64,000 nt of DNA, taken from Chara braunii (Eukaryota > Plantae > Charophyceae). A model generated the notes under the pieces. The model saw only the letters and a list, made by a program, of their open reading frames with translations, had not been told where the DNA came from and made no database searches. Of the stretch, positions 1 to 14,897 are shown one piece after another. The number at the start of each line of letters is the position of its first letter. Position 1 is the stretch's first letter. The position numbers and the translations under genes were made by a program. Location: assembly GCA_003427395.1 (NCBI GenBank), contig BFEA01000018.1, forward strand, positions 5,434,290 through 5,498,289, in the 5' to 3' direction.

Positions 1-2260
1 GGGAGGTAAATAGTTGGTGTGAAACTGTTCAACACGAACGTTCCACACTATACAGCCATGCATACAGTTTGGCCAGTGTGTTATAGCACTGGCTACGCAC
101 GCGCATGAGTGTTGCCTGCCCAGGTTCAAACCCTGGCAGCAGCAGCAACATCTCGGATATCTTGATAATATATATCCGGGAGCAGGGCGGGGCGGGGCAG
201 CGGCAGCGTGGGCGCGTGGCGCGCGCGTGCGGCGGCCTTCGCCTTGGCGCTTGTGCGCACGCGTGTGTGGTGGCGCTCTACTTTTTCGCCACGTGTCACT
301 CTCTTCCCGCTGCTGCTTTTTTCCCGTTTTTTCTCTGCTGCCCCACCAAAAAACAGGTGAAAATCCCGCTGTCAGGATTACACCGATCCCGCACCTGCTG
401 TTGCATGCGGGAGGAAGGGCGGGTTGGAGCGGGGACCGTTCCCGCTCTGATACTAGTGTGCCGGACCCGCCGGGATGGCGGTCCGACAGGATGGAGACGA
501 AGGGTGGACGAAGGAGGAGACAGAGATGGAGCTGGAAGGGACAGCACAACTTCGACGCAGACTCAACACGCACGTACTCTAAGATCTGCAAAAAGTGAAG
601 AATGACGAAAAACAGACAAGTGTTGGGGTATACCCCCATCGGACTGACTGACTGGACTGGACTGGCCTGGTACCGACAGTGGTACCGGGCAGGACTAGAA
701 CAGCACACAGCCTGTGGGGTCAGGCCACGACCTGGTCCCACAGGCCGAACTGGGCAAATAGCTAAATAGGCCCTGGCTGTAGACCAGGGCAGATGAAGGC
801 CCGCTGCACCGAGGGTGTATTCTCGATCGTTGTAGCATAGGTATACGCTCGGTTGAACGCCTAAGACTGACCCGTATATGTGTCGGGAATTGGGGCGCTG
901 ATCTCCCGGACCGACTTACAAATCAGGTCGACTCGACTGTCGCACGTTTGCACATACTACACTTTGCCTATAAATAGTTTATAAATACGAGTCACAATCT
1001 ATCCCTTTTTTGGAGCATGATCCCCTCAATACTGGAATCATCAGGTGTTGCACATGAGACACATATTCATCCTACCTAGTGATTAAATTCGTTCAACATA
1101 TCTCTTTATTAGAACTCTTTACCAAACCACGCATACATAGGAAATGAAATAAGACTGAGTAATTACGTAAGGAGATGTCGTGTACACTTAACACATTCAC
1201 ATGAACAATATGAATTCATCAGGGAAAACATAGGTCACTAACCTTTCAAACATGTATAGATGAAATGAAAATGGAATGAATAAGGCTTTTAACCTTTGCA
1301 ATGATCCAAATCTACTTAAAATCAGGGAGAGCGCAAAGACTGAGTGCTCAAACCAAATGTGTAAAACCGCTCGTTGATGAAACATCTGGACTAAGGCCCA
1401 GAACAATGTAAGTTTCTCAATGGGTTGCAGTAAATAGCGTAGCTAGTCGTTTTACTTACCTGCAGAATCGCATTATACAATTCTGACGGAGTCAACTTTT
1501 TATTCACTTTCACTCACATCACACTTACACTTCTGACCTTTAACCCAAACATCCTGTTTTCGACTTAGTCATTCACCCTCATCTTACTTTAGTCATTCAA
1601 TGACTCTTTTTCACCAAACACAGACGCTTTAGACAATGACCCGAAAATTAGAAATATCTTTCAGTGCAAAGGTCGATGCAAAGTGTGGGTGTCAAGGGTG
1701 AGTGAGGGTTGAGTTGGCCAACCAACCTTTTACCATAAGGCAACAACATGTAGTCTTGTATTGACTCATAATGAGTCCTCTTAAAAGTAAAAGTGACCTA
1801 CAATCACATAGAAATCAACCCGGTCTCAACACCTCTTTGCCATCGACATGACCTTAGTATCTAAAGTTCAATATAGTGAACTTCATTTTAGTCGGGAATA
1901 ATACTACATCGACATAATTCCCTCTAGGTAGCCTCCCTAACTTCTTATTAGATCAAATTATAGAGATAGTCGCCTAAAGAAATAAAAGTAAAGAGCTAAC
2001 GTTGCCAAAACCTTCCCCTTCAGATATACACAAACAAAATATCTTCAATCTCATACAGAGTAAAATCTTTAAGATTTGACATCAATCACTAGGTTAAGGT
2101 AGCAGGACAGGTCACACGAGGCCACATTCCTTTTACCTCCACCTCAGTAGAATCAGAAAATAGATATTGTAAGTTCGTTAGTTTTTTTAGTGATGTTCAT
2201 AAGAGTTGTCATAGAAGGGTAGATCGCACGGGGTCCTCATCTTTTTACTGGCGTCTGGTC

Positions 2261-2570
2261 GTGATAGGGAAAACCTCATGGGGTCTCGCTTCTCCTATTG
2301 TTGTTTGATGTCGAAGCACGACTGTCGGGCAATAAGGCATGCTTCTCGGAGCCTCGCTTCTCTTATCGCCACCTCTCTTACCCGTGCTAACTTATTGCGA
2401 TAGGGCAGACCATGCGGCCTCGCTCCTCCTATCGCTTACCTGCGTTGATGCACGGTTGGTTTGTAATAAAGGAGGTTTCTCGGAGCCTCGCTTTTCTTAT
2501 CACCATCCTTCCTTATTCATGCCATTATAGTGATAGGGCAGGCCTCTCGGAGCCTCGCTCCTCCTATCGC
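2261..2570. repeat. Tandem array of five ~40-bp hairpin repeats with a ~67-bp period
   Basis: Units G(T/C)(G/A)ATA(G/A)G...CTCGCT.CTC.TAT(C/T)GC start at 2261, 2329, 2397, 2463 and 2530. Confidence 0.8.
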
Positions 2571-3194
2571 TTTTGCAAGTTTTCGGTCATTGCTTTGAAC
2601 GCTTCTTAATCCCTGGATCATTCAGAAGTCTTTAAGCCCAAGCGGGAGGGCCAAACGAAACCTGTACCCCACTTCTTAAAGGCTTTCCGCTTGATCTCCG
2701 AATTGTGTTAGTTTATGGCTTTGAGAAGATGCAGACTTTAGTCAACTGTAGGGCAAGAGTTAGTTGATGATGTCCACTTTCACAATACTTTGACCAATTG
2801 CACACACAATCCTTCAATTCACTGTGAACCCTGCTTTATGATCAATGTCAGGTGGTCTATTAAGCAAGTCAAAACTGCACGGAGTTGATTCCCTTGCGGC
2901 CACATTCCCCCCCCCCCCCCAAAAAAAAAAAACACTCACATAGCGAGACAGTTTCACGAAACTTCTCGTTCTCGCTATGTTTTTCAGCAGCAGTTAGTCA
3001 TACCCAGTCCCTTTTTGTCAAATCATGGCAGATGAATTGCGCACCTCATTGTCTTACTCGACTGGTTGCACACAATGTCCATTCACTTGATTGGTTGTGC
3101 ACTGCACCCCGCTCACCCCAATTGGTCGTGGAAAGCATCGCTTATCCATGACACATCGGATTTCGACCAACTCATTGCTATATTTGGTGATACA

Positions 3195-3229
<35 letters not shown>

Positions 3230-3249
3230 AATATGGAAGACAGATATGC

Positions 3250-4458
3250 AAGGAATATGAGCGGGAACGATATACTCAAAGTCAAGTTCTAAAATCACAC
3301 AGATGTCCAAGTAGTCACTTACAAGCAGAGAGCACAAATGCACTGAGATTTCATTCAAATAAGAGCAATACAATGAGTTGTTGAGCCAATGTTCAAGTCC
3401 TCTGACCACATCAACACACTATCCAGCGTAGCTCCTCTCTATTTGGCGCTTCGCGCCCAACTTGCATTATGTGCCTATCCTTCTACATTCACATTCACAC
3501 GACAGGCTCACGTCGATTTTGAAGACCAATGTACATGACGCCAATGCCATAGTCGACCATTCACATACACAAGTACACATCCCTCTCCTTCTTTTTCTTT
3601 ATCCCTCTCTCTGTCTCACTCTTTGTGTATGTGTCTTTCTTCGTCTGCGTCACAGTGCACTAGGTCACGGTGTCTCTGTGTAGGTCAAAGTGGTTGTGTA
3701 CCTGTTCCACTGTGCCTCTGCGTGTGTCACTGCGTCAGTGTGTATCTGTGTCACCGCGCACTGTGTATTTGTGTCACCGTGCAGTGTGTATTTGTGTCAT
3801 TGTGCACTGTGTATTTGCGTCACTGTGCACTTTGTATCTGTGTCACCGCACACTGTGTATCAGTGTCACCGTGCATTTGTGTGACTGTGTATCTGCATGT
3901 GTCACTGTGCACTGTGTGACACGGTAAACCTGTGTATCTGTGTATGCGTCATTGTGACTGTATCCTCGTGCATTGGTGTGACACTGTACACTTTGTATCT
4001 GTGTCCGTTTCACTATGTCTGGGTGTGTGTTTGAATCTGTGGGTCTTTGTCTGTCTATCTGTTTGTTTGTCTGTCTGTTTGTTTGTATGTTTGTTTATCT
4101 GTCTGTCTATTTGTCTGTCAGTCTGCCTGTCTGTCTGTTTGTCCGTCTGTCTCTCTCCCCCTCTCTTTGTCACCGTCGTCGCCTGTCAACAGAACCCACA
4201 ATCTAACCGTAGCGGAACCGCAATGCAACACGATCTGCCACGACCTGCAGCAGGCCGAGACCACAGAATGGGGACACGAGAGACAGAACAGGGACATTGC
4301 AGGCACAGTCGCACATTCCAACAAGTTTAGCGGATGACATCCCAACCTTACGACGCTATCGGCGGATGCATCACGCATCGCGCAAAGTCCCCGCCCTTGC
4401 GTATGGTAAGCAGCGGATGCAAGCCGAGTAAAACGAAACAATAATAATAATAATAATA

Positions 4459-4489
<31 letters not shown>

Positions 4490-4790
4490 TCCTGTCTCGC
4501 GAGCGCAGGGAATTATCGTGTGAACGATATATAAAAAACCAAGTTGCGAAATCACACACATGTCTGAGTAGTCGTGTACAAGCAGAGAGCATAATAACAC
4601 CGAGAATCTATCCAAATAGAGCAATACCATGAAGTAATGAGCCAATGTTCGAGCCCATAGGCCACACCAACACAATATCCAAGGTCGCTCCTCTCTGTCT
4701 GGCGCCCAGCGCTTAGCCTACAACTGTGCTCACTTTGACTCTCGAAGACCAATGTACGTGATATCAACACCATAGCCGACCTCTCTTCAT
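3250..4790. repeat. Two ~300-bp direct repeats (3250-3570, 4505-4790) flanking a ~22-bp TGTGTCACCGCGCACTGTGTAT minisatellite (3700-4010) and (TGTC)n
   Basis: Shared AAATCACAC..ATGTC..AGTAGTC, ACAAGCAGAGAGCA, TGAGCCAATGTTC and GAAGACCAATGTAC blocks. Confidence 0.75.
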
Positions 4791-4897
4791 GCACCACGTG
4801 GCAGATATGTTCTATCTCATCACCCTCATTAGACCTCGATATCCCACACACTCGCCTTTTTTCCTGAAGACCACCAGATCGCCCTCTTACCCGCACT

Positions 4898-4932
<35 letters not shown>

Positions 4933-5114
4933 GGCCAAACTAATGAGTGTGGAAGTGTATATATCCATGTTCTGGTGGTAATTCGTTTGATTTTGCTCAT
5001 CCTCTCGATAGACGTAACGTGAAGTCGCCGCGATATTCGTCACACATACACATGCGTAGACACACGCGTGCACACACAGATATATTCACGCACATTTCCT
5101 CATTTGTAGATTAC

Positions 5115-5156
<42 letters not shown>

Positions 5157-8100
5157 CAACTTAGGTAATGAATGTATGTAAGCTATTTTTCCAATCCGGC
5201 TCAGTCAAAATGAGGAACCGCTGCCTTCGGGGTCGATGGTCAGTGCTTCGACCAAGTAAGTCTCTCTCTCGCTTTTCCCTCTCTTTCTTTTAGTTTTCCT
5301 CCTTTCTTTTAGTCTTCCCCCTACCTCTTCGTCTTTCTCTCCACCCACTTCTTCGTCGTCTCTGTCTTCTCCTGCTCCCCATTCCTTCACTTGTGTTATC
5401 CCTGTATGCTATATTGTTCATCTCCATGCGCTGTGTCGTTGCTTCCTTACTCCTATGCAGTGTTCTTCTCCTTTTCCATGTGGCGTTCTAATTGCCGCAC
5501 ATACCCCCTACCATGCTCATTTTCTTCCGATCATGCATGGTTGGACGTACTATGGTAAGAATTGGAAGAACTATAGTAAGAGAAAATCAATAATGATAAT
5601 AGTAAATAATAGTAATAATAATAAAAATAATAATAACAAAAATAATAACTATTATTATCATCATGATAAAAAAAAACCGTATACAAGCTATTTTTTTGGC
5701 ACCGTACAGCAATGTTGGAGCATTCTGTATGGGGAAACGGAAGCAAGGACGTGGCAACTATAACAGGTACATATTCTTTTTCCCTACTTTCCCTCTTCCC
5801 TCTTCTTCTTCTTCTTCGTCGCCATCGTAGTTGGTGTCTTGGTCATAGTCGTCGTAGCCATCATTCATCGCAGTCCTCACCTCCGTTGTTTTCTTCTCGT
5901 CTGTCTCTTCCTTAGCATTGCGAGTTACGTCTCCTCACAGTCATTCCTTCAACTTCACGCTTATGCATGCTACCTCCATGCTCGCTTTTCCCTTGACGCA
6001 ATCACCTTTCCTTTTCGATCTCCTTTGCGCAACTTGAACATTGCATTCGACCCGCACCCCTGCGCGGTGTTCCCTCTCACTCTACTCTCGTGCGCTCTTC
6101 CTCCTACAGTTGTTGCGCGTTCGTCTTTCTCCTCCTTCTTTTACATTAGTCACGCATCTGTTTCACCCAATCTCGTTCTCCTACCCCCCCTTTCTTTCTC
6201 CTCCTTTTTCTTCTTTTTCTTCTTTTTCTTCTTTTTTCTTCTTCTTCTTCTTCTTCTTCTTCTTCTTCTTCTTCTCCGGCTTCTTCGTCCGGCTCGTTGT
6301 GAGCGAGGACACGAAATCACTACCACCACAAAGTGGTCGTCGCTCTCCTCGTAACTATCGAGATGAGAGTGTTGAAGCCGAGTTTTGGTGACTGGTGCCG
6401 CCTCCACCATCTGCACGCTCAGGAGGTTGTCATCATCGTTCACAACACCAAGTAGGCCACCTTCTTCATTTCCTCTTTTTCTCCTTCTTCTTCCTCCTCT
6501 TCCTGTGTTTCCTCTTCTTCTTCCCGCACGCACCTCCTCCTCCTGCGCGGCCATCTCCTCTACTTCATGCACGACTCTTCCTTGCAACCGGTCATCTCCT
6601 CTCTTGCTTGTGTGTAATACCTCCCGGCATGCACTTCTTTCTGCCTTTCCCATGACGTGCTTCTCCCGCTTCTCGCTGTGCCCCGCAACTTCACGAGTTT
6701 TCACGACGTGCGACCAGTCTTTCACAACTTCGGCCAAATTGTTGCTACATTACTAAACCGAATCTGCCCTGGTTTCAGCGGTGGATTCATAAAAGTGAAT
6801 CCATAAAGAGAAATCACGGGATTCGAAAGAAAAAAAAAAAAAAAATTAAAAAAAAAACTAATAAAATAAAGAAAAACGAAATCTAACTAATGAAAACAAA
6901 AAGAAAATAAAAGGAAAACAAAAGAAATCTCACTACTAACCACCCCGTCGTGCCAGCTGTCACAACGGGGTCTAGTTGTAACTAGTTTCAATCTCGGGGT
7001 CATAGGTTCGAGCCCCGCCCGACGGAAAGCGGGGTAAACTAAAGGCGAGCTCCTTATAAAAAGGAACTAGCTCAAGGATTAGGCAGATTTGATTCCGAAG
7101 TCCGTTCCTTAACAGTCTGCCTTGAAACCTACTGAGCTAGCTCCTACTTCTGTTAAAAGTGGAATTGTCGAGGTACATATAGAGTAGTGGGGCTTGGTCC
7201 GCCTAGTGGCCCGAGCCCAATTCTAAGTCTGTGTGTGTGTGCACACTTGCTAGTCTGCGCGTCTGTCTAAGTGCTTGTCGGCTTGAGTTTACGTGTGACC
7301 CGCAAGAGCCTCAACCTAGCTTGCAGTATACAAGTAAGGTCTAAGGCACCACTCGAGCAAATGCTAACAATGCGGGCGCTGGCGTAAACTTGACGATCAC
7401 ACACTTTTAGTCGTCTAGGCCGTATAACCGGGGCATATATTAATTTTATCCTGACTAACGTACTGATGATTAAGTCTAAATGTGCATCGTAGATCTATCT
7501 GACATAACACTAACCCAATCGACCCCTCGACCTTTTCGGTCGAAGGGTATTACTACTGATTCTAACCATCACAGCGCGCATTATAATAATGCGCATGCAT
7601 ACTAGTAACGAAAGTTTCTCACCGATTTGCCCCGGCCTCAATGGTCGAGGAAATCCTTTCAAAGTCGTGAGAAAAACGCACGCGCTTCGAACCGGTCCTG
7701 TCTTGGTAGCCCTGAGGAAATCGTTTCACGGTCGATGTGTCGACTGCAAAAGCATGACCAAATACCTTAGTAGGGGTATTTGGTCTGGCAACGGTCTTGC
7801 ACAACATGTTGTTGACATGTGTGGCGGTCACTGCATTCAAGAAACAGAGGGACAACCAGCGGTGGATCTGGGTGTTGACATGTAGTGCAGGAGTATGAGA
7901 TGACCTGCAGAAGGTGGGAGGCAGGCACTAGAAAGTTTTCCACCGCTTCTGCAAACTTCCTAGGCCTTTGTTCAACGACATCCTCTGTTGCATCGGCCCA
8001 CATATCCAACGGCAAACAACGAACTGGCGGCAACCGTTGCTTGCAGGGCAAAAATTCACATGTGCGCTCATCAGGTGGGCGACTGGCAATTTCTACCGGA

Positions 8101-8937
8101 AGACACCGCATGGTTCGGGGCTGGGTTTTAGCGAGTGCCCTGAGAAGCAATTAGGATAACGACCTGTCACATTCTCGCTGCTCCTTTAGATCTGACACAG
8201 TCAGCATAGAGATGGTCATCATTCTTACTGATCTCAGATCTAAAGTCGTAGTATAGGGGGCTCATCGCTCCGTAAACGTAGCTTGGGTAAAAGCACATGT
8301 ACAAAAGGAACGAAGTTGGCACTGTTGAAGGTAGTGGAAAATTGCAGAACCGGCGCGACTCAACTACAAACCTAGTACATCAGAAGTTGAATACTATTCA
8401 AGCCAAGGTATTGTGTACATTCGAAAAGCTCAGGTATCCGTGGCTCCAATTCGCTTCTAGCCCCCTTTTTTTAAACCTTCTTCCCTCTGTTTTTTCCTCC
8501 CGCCCTAGTTTGGAAAACACCCTAGCCATAATCCGCAGTGACCTTCAAACGATATTCACATCACAAAGACACTGAAATAGAATCTCAATTCAGAAATCGA
8601 AGACTGTAATTACCATACAGAACGTATTGTACCACACGAAACTTTTTCATATCGAAAGTTGCCCTCTAAACCACCACTTTTTCACTGGCCTCGTGGATAT
8701 CGGTCTCACACACCCAATCATCTCCCCCTTCTCTTTACAACTTCCACTACCCCTCCTCTCCTCTCCCTCAGTGACCTCTCCGCAAATGTAATATTCGCTC
8801 TTGTCCTCTCAAAATCTCGCATTTGTTTTATTCATCTTATTTCTCAAAGTAAACCACAACGGTTTGCTCCACGATCATTTTGTTCACTTCGACTCTTACT
8901 TTCCCTTCACCTTCCTCCTGCTCAATCAAGGCCGCCC

Positions 8938-8941
<4 letters not shown>

Positions 8942-8972
<31 letters not shown>

Positions 8973-9770
8973 NCCTCCAGCGGTGTTAGTGGTGCTGGTC
9001 AGAGCAGACACCATTAGAACCCGGGGGGAGGCTCCATCTATTGGTGGGGAGCTTCACCTGCTGGAAGACGGGTCCAGCGTCCCAGATACAGAATTGATGA
9101 ATATTGTCAGAAAGAATCAGAAAGTACGAGCCAGGAAACTGGCTCAGTGTCCCTTGTACCTCTTCACCCTCATCTGAGTGGCGCCAAATTTCTCTGATCT
9201 GCCCTGGTACTAATTTGGATAATCCCAACTGGGAGAAAAACATGAATGAGAATTTAGTTGACCATACTATTACTTTACAAAAGCCACCTGCAGAAATATA
9301 TAGTGGATTTCCGGTTGCTACCACCTGCAGCAGACCAACGAGGACGTCCTGAAAAACAAGGGCACCATCCTAGTCAGATCTCTCCATATCAATCATAGCC
9401 ATACCAACTCAAGGGGACCAGAGCTAGAGCAGAGGAGGGAAATGGGTCTGGGAATTCCGACGGGGGACGCAACGGGATAGATGAGTCTACAGTGGTCCAG
9501 CCATGAAACACCAGACGGAAGTCTCTGGGTACTTCCTCATTTTGCCCTTCCTTGATACCTCCCCTTCCCCCACCCTCTCGGGTAGTATCTGGGCAGCAAC
9601 ACAGACGGTAGTGTCCGAAACGGCAGGGGTGGCAGGGTCCGACAAGTGTGCCGCATAAGATGGTATAGGCTGAACGGCGGCAACACTCACCAACGAGGAG
9701 GGGGACTGTTGAGCCTGACCCGCGGAGGAGGACGAGCCACCACGCCTTCGGCTCTAGAGTCATGAAGAGT
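8942..9770 (-). mobile_element. LINE 3' fragment with conserved tail and poly(A)
   Basis: Poly(T) 8942-8968, then the reverse complement of the GGGACGCTGG...GGAGCC tail module ending at 9083. The 5' boundary is uncertain. Confidence 0.65.
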
Positions 9771-10711
9771 CCTCACTTTCTCAGTGCTTCTTCCTCTCAG
9801 CCTCTCATTCAACCCTCCTTTATCCTCCTTAATTCTCACCTCTTGATTATCCTCCCCTCACTTTCCTTCTGATCAACCAACACCCTTCATCCTTCCTCTC
9901 CCTGTACCTCTTCCACTCAGTCTCCCATCCTCCTTAACTCTAACCACCTTATTTTCTAACTTACCCTGTTTCTTCACTTCGTCTCTCCCTGCCTCTCTGG
10001 CTCATCCTTTCTCACGTGAGTAGTCAAAACTGCGCACTTTTCAAACCTTTGGTTCATCCCTGAATCTCATCATATCATCTTCTCAGTTCCTACCCCATCC
10101 CCTTCCTTATTAGCCCTCTACTTCTCAGTCACTGACCAGTGGAAAATGACAAAGATGATTGCTAGAAGAGAGAAAGGACAAAATTCCTTATTATTTTATC
10201 AAGGGTCTATGCATCATAACCTCTTCCGACAGTTGGGAGCGTTGCCATATGCCCGTGGTATTACAAAAATGTCAACCGCTCCGAATTTCACCTCATCATC
10301 ATCTCAACAAGAGAATGTGTGGAAAAAGAAAGATGCAGCAAAAACACTCAAGACAGAACAACACGGACACAGAGAATACAACACATCTGCGTCTCAACCC
10401 AAGGAACACAGGCATCATCACAATCTCAATCGTGCTCAGGGCAACCTTTATTACATTCTCCTCAGTCCCTTTACAAGGAAGGGGAAGTTGTCTCCCAGGA
10501 CGCGAGGTCCCCGCTCCACATGCAACGAAGGGCAGGCATTACCCAACAACAAATTTTGCATCACGTTATGGCAGTAATCGAGAATCCTTCAGAAAAAGAG
10601 AACGAAGACAAAATCATGGAGGACAGTGAGGAGGAATTGACAGAGGAGGAAAGGAGAAAGGAATTGAACGGGAAAACAGAAGGGCAAAAGAACAAGCAAT
10701 CACAAGTAACA

Positions 10712-11403
10712 CATGATTCGTGAAAACCCAATAAAACCACAAAACCTAACATTTTGTATAGAGTGAAAAAATAGAAGTCAAACTTCTCATTTTCGACCAC
10801 TTCTCGAGAGACAAGACAAAAAATCAGACAAATAGTCGAGCGATCCTCATAATGTGTCGAAAAACTATTTCTTGCAAAGATCCTGTTATACGAATATAAT
10901 CCATTCTTAATAGATTGGCAAGAAAGCAGAGCTCCAATAAAACAAACTCGAAAATCGTAAAAAAACACTTCTAGTGAATTCTGACATATAAGACTATATG
11001 TCGTTTTCAACATTTTATAGAATCTATAAAACAATTTTCAAGTCAACGGTAAAATCCTTGTCAAAAAATATATGTTATGTAGAATAATAGCACAAACAAC
11101 TTTTATGCCAAGGACATCTTCAAATTCTTAGTCAAACACAAGTTAAAAAGAAAAAAGAAAAGAAAAAAATTATAAAAGAAGCCATTTAAAAAAAACAATT
11201 TGCCCACAAACAAAATGTTGGGTTTGAACTAGATCTATTTAGGATTCTGAGAGTACTGTTTTTATGTCTTCTACAGAACCAAAATTTTTTGACAGAAGAA
11301 AAGAATAAAAAAATATTTTTTGAGAAACACAGGAAATGATGAGGGAAAAAAAAGGTTTTCCACAGTAAATCATTACCAGGTGATTGGGTTTTCATAAATC
11401 CTA
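10712..11403. mobile_element. AT-rich MITE inside LINE A
   Basis: Imperfect 21-bp TIR CATGATTCGTGAAAACCCAAT / TAGGATTTATGAAAACCCAAT. No TSD recognised. Confidence 0.55.
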
Positions 11404-14400
11404 TATTAAGTGAGTAACCCAATCTCATCGACCGGGTCCCCGGGGCCTTCATGGGCACAAAGAGTTAAAATGACACTGCAAGGGAAAACTCTGAACGTAT
11501 TCATTGTCCAGCTATGCATTAGGCCCTCCAGGAGTTACAATGAAGACCTAAAAATCCCCCTCAAGAACCTCTCCTTTGCCAGAGCTTACTTCTTGACTCT
11601 TTTTCTCCTCCCATCTGAGCAAAAGATAATTGATCAAGAGGGTAGGAAAACACTCATAAAGTCATACCCCTCAGAGAAACTGGCACACATGGATGCAGTT
11701 TACTCGAAGCATGTCCGTAATTGAATATTCTATAATGATTGTGCAAACCATTTCCACAAATGATAAGATTAAGTGGATATACAAAAGACTTGAGATAATA
11801 AAGGAAAGTACAGAAGCAGTCCACAAATTCTTTTTGATTCAACCGGTTTCACCAAGAGTGTACACAATGCTGTGTCGTTTTGAGGATGATAAGAAGATGA
11901 TGAATATTTAGAAGAAGTTGTACTGGGGGGAATCTTTAATCAAAATTTATCCATGGATGCCTAAGAAAATGAGACCTGAAGAGAAGAGAAAATAATTCAT
12001 GAGTGACCACTATTAGGTGGAACTAAGACACGTCCCCATTGAGGTACATATGGCATTCGTCCACGACTTCGGTCAGTAATTCAAAATAGTAGACTTTATC
12101 GACCTCCTCCCGACCCACTTAGCAAAGAGGGGTGATTATTTGATGCTGACCCTTGATCTACAGAAGGATCAACATTTCTCTCTGGACAACATTACCCCCT
12201 ACAAAATGGAAGGCAAAATCTACCAGATCCACACGGCTCACAAATTCAGACCCTGATGCTTCAAATGCAAAGTGTATGGGCACCTGACATCTGAATTTGC
12301 ATGCCCACTACACCCCCAACATGCCCATCCATCTGAACATAAACTCGGGAGGGACCCACAAAGACCCCATTGTTGGTACCCAAGTCTCCCAGGGCACGAA
12401 GGATGCGTGTACAACGATGAACTGAGCCCAACGACTGTCCCGATTGGATGGTTCTGGGAAGAAAGTAAGAACTGTCACAAAATACCACGGCCACCGGTAG
12501 ACTGGTTTCCACCCCAGCAGGGCCCGCAACAGACACAACAAATGAACCAGATCTGACAAAATCAAAATCTTCAGAATCAGAATCATCAGAAACGTCAGTA
12601 TCAACAACATAATCACCAGCAGGAACAACTGTCGGACTCTCTGGGGCATTCAAGAACAGTCGGACGACGAGAAATGGGGAGGACAGGATAAACAGAACAA
12701 GCAGAACAAACAGGACAAACATGACGAATAGGTGGACCACGGGTAGTGGGACCTAGGCCAGAGGCTTACTTACCGAAGAAGGGTCAACAAGGGGCCCAAG
12801 AATGCAAAGAGGTCAAAAGTAAGGCTCATCAATCTCAACAGGACGCGCGAAATCATCTGCTTCAACAAGTCCCACAAAACCAGCAAGACCAACAATCCCC
12901 ACTGGGACAATAGGTGATGCTGGCACAACCCCCCAAAGTCACTACGCCCTTGCAAACATCCACCCCCCTCAATGTGGAAACCACTGAAGTCATAGGTGCA
13001 ACGGATCTGGATATTCTAAAAAAAGTGTTCTCAAGAGATGCAATGGAGGCAGAAACAACCCCGGTAAGCGTCCGCTCACTTGTGTTCATTGTGTGCCACG
13101 CGTCCGCTCACTTGTCTTCGTTGTGCCATGCGTCGGCTCACTTACCTTCGTTCTGTACCAATCGCCGACCCAGGAAACTCTGTGGTGTACCAAGCTCTCC
13201 ACGGCGTGTCAGGCAGACTCGGGTAGGTTGAATTTGCTATGGACTGGTCCAGTCAGCGCTTGCGCTGACAAAAGGAGGGTGCGTCACTAGGCTTTTACTG
13301 GTCCACGCAGGCTCGGCGCTTTGCTGCGCGGTAGACTGAACTATGGTCGTGGTAACCATCGAGCTTGCCTAGGAGCGCGATAGTGAGAAGCGGGCGAGGT
13401 CTTTTCTGATGTGCACTGAGCCCCGACAGTCGGGTTTTGGGATAGGTACATATGCTTTAGAAATTCAAAAATAAGACGGAAAAATAAAAATAAAAAATAA
13501 AAATAAAAAGCGGGAGATGGAAACAAAAAACTTTACATTCTTGTCTGAATTCGAAACGCTACCCCTTGAGTGTCAAAGTGAACGGTCCCATAGTTGTACT
13601 GGCGTTAGCGTCTTTTCCTCTTTCATCAATTCTCCTTCTCTTTCGCCTCTTTCGGACTTCAGTTCCCCGCCAGTCACATCATGGGGGGGCGAATGGTTCG
13701 AGTTTTAGATTATGATTTGAAGACGGGTGGCCTGGGCCGGCCGAGCCGTCGCATTTCGATCCATTGTGGATGCAACCTGCTAATTGTGACGAAGGGGGAC
13801 TCCAGAAAAGGGGTAACCTATTGCCACCTTGGTAGGAGGCCTATGACCTCCCACGGAAGGTCATAAGCCCCCTCCTTACCATCGGAAGCGGGTACCCATC
13901 AAGGGTAAGGCCAGCAATCGATTTTGAGGACGAGAAAACTTCGAATAGTATCCCGTTATGGGACTGCCGCATCGAGCCTGCGGTCGCGTCATGCCAAAGA
14001 CAAGGTGACATGTGATTGACTACAGATGGCGCTACAGGCGCTATGACGGTTGAGGCTCTCGGTTCCTTCGTTTTAGTTTATTTTATCTTATCGTATTTAA
14101 TTTAATTTTGAATTAGAAATTATCAAAATGTAGAATTTTGACAGCTATTTGAGTCCCTCGTTCAGAACACATAGGTTGCGATATATAACGATCATATAAA
14201 GGGTGAGAGAGGCAAGCCTTTGGCTACTTGGGCATGGGCGGCCTCATTATGCCGAGTACTTTGAACTGAGGGGAGAGGACTGAGCGACAGGGTGAGCGTG
14301 AGGCAGTCTGTCTGCTTGCGCATGTGCTGAGACTTAAGTCCGGGTTATTTCGAAAGTCGGTGGAATGGTAACGTACACTGTTGGTTTAGAGACGCTCGAC

Positions 14401-14897
14401 CATGGTGCGCAACAACGAGCTATATGGCTATAGGCCAAGATACCTCCAGTTCCTCTGGAGGTGGGAGCGGATGGCAGGAGATGGGGTTGTGGTGACCGTC
14501 GTCCTCGACTATAACCACTACAACCAGGAGGCAAGGTTAAAAATAATTGTAGAAGGGGAGAAGAAAGAGGATATGAGAGCGGACCAGGGACTGCAGTTGG
14601 TTATTACGGAAGCCAAAGACCGGGCCAAGAGAAGGTGCAGAAGGAACGAGTGAGGACTCTTGGTTGGTGTTGACCGTGTCTATTCATCTGTACTCCCCTA
14701 AGATTATTATGAGTTCTCATTCTTCCCTCATCTATCCTTGTCATTGCTCAAGCCAGTCGGTCTTGCTTCACTTGCTTTGACTTTGTTCGATGATCGTGTT
14801 CTTTGATGATCTTGTCACAGTTCTAAAAAATTAGTAAATTGGTAAAATTGATGCATGCATGGCACACCAAAATTTTGTGATTATTATTTGCATGATC

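Noticed and set aside
2261-2570. CRISPR array
   Set aside because: Repeats are degenerate, spacers resemble each other in alternation, there are no cas genes, and the context is eukaryotic.
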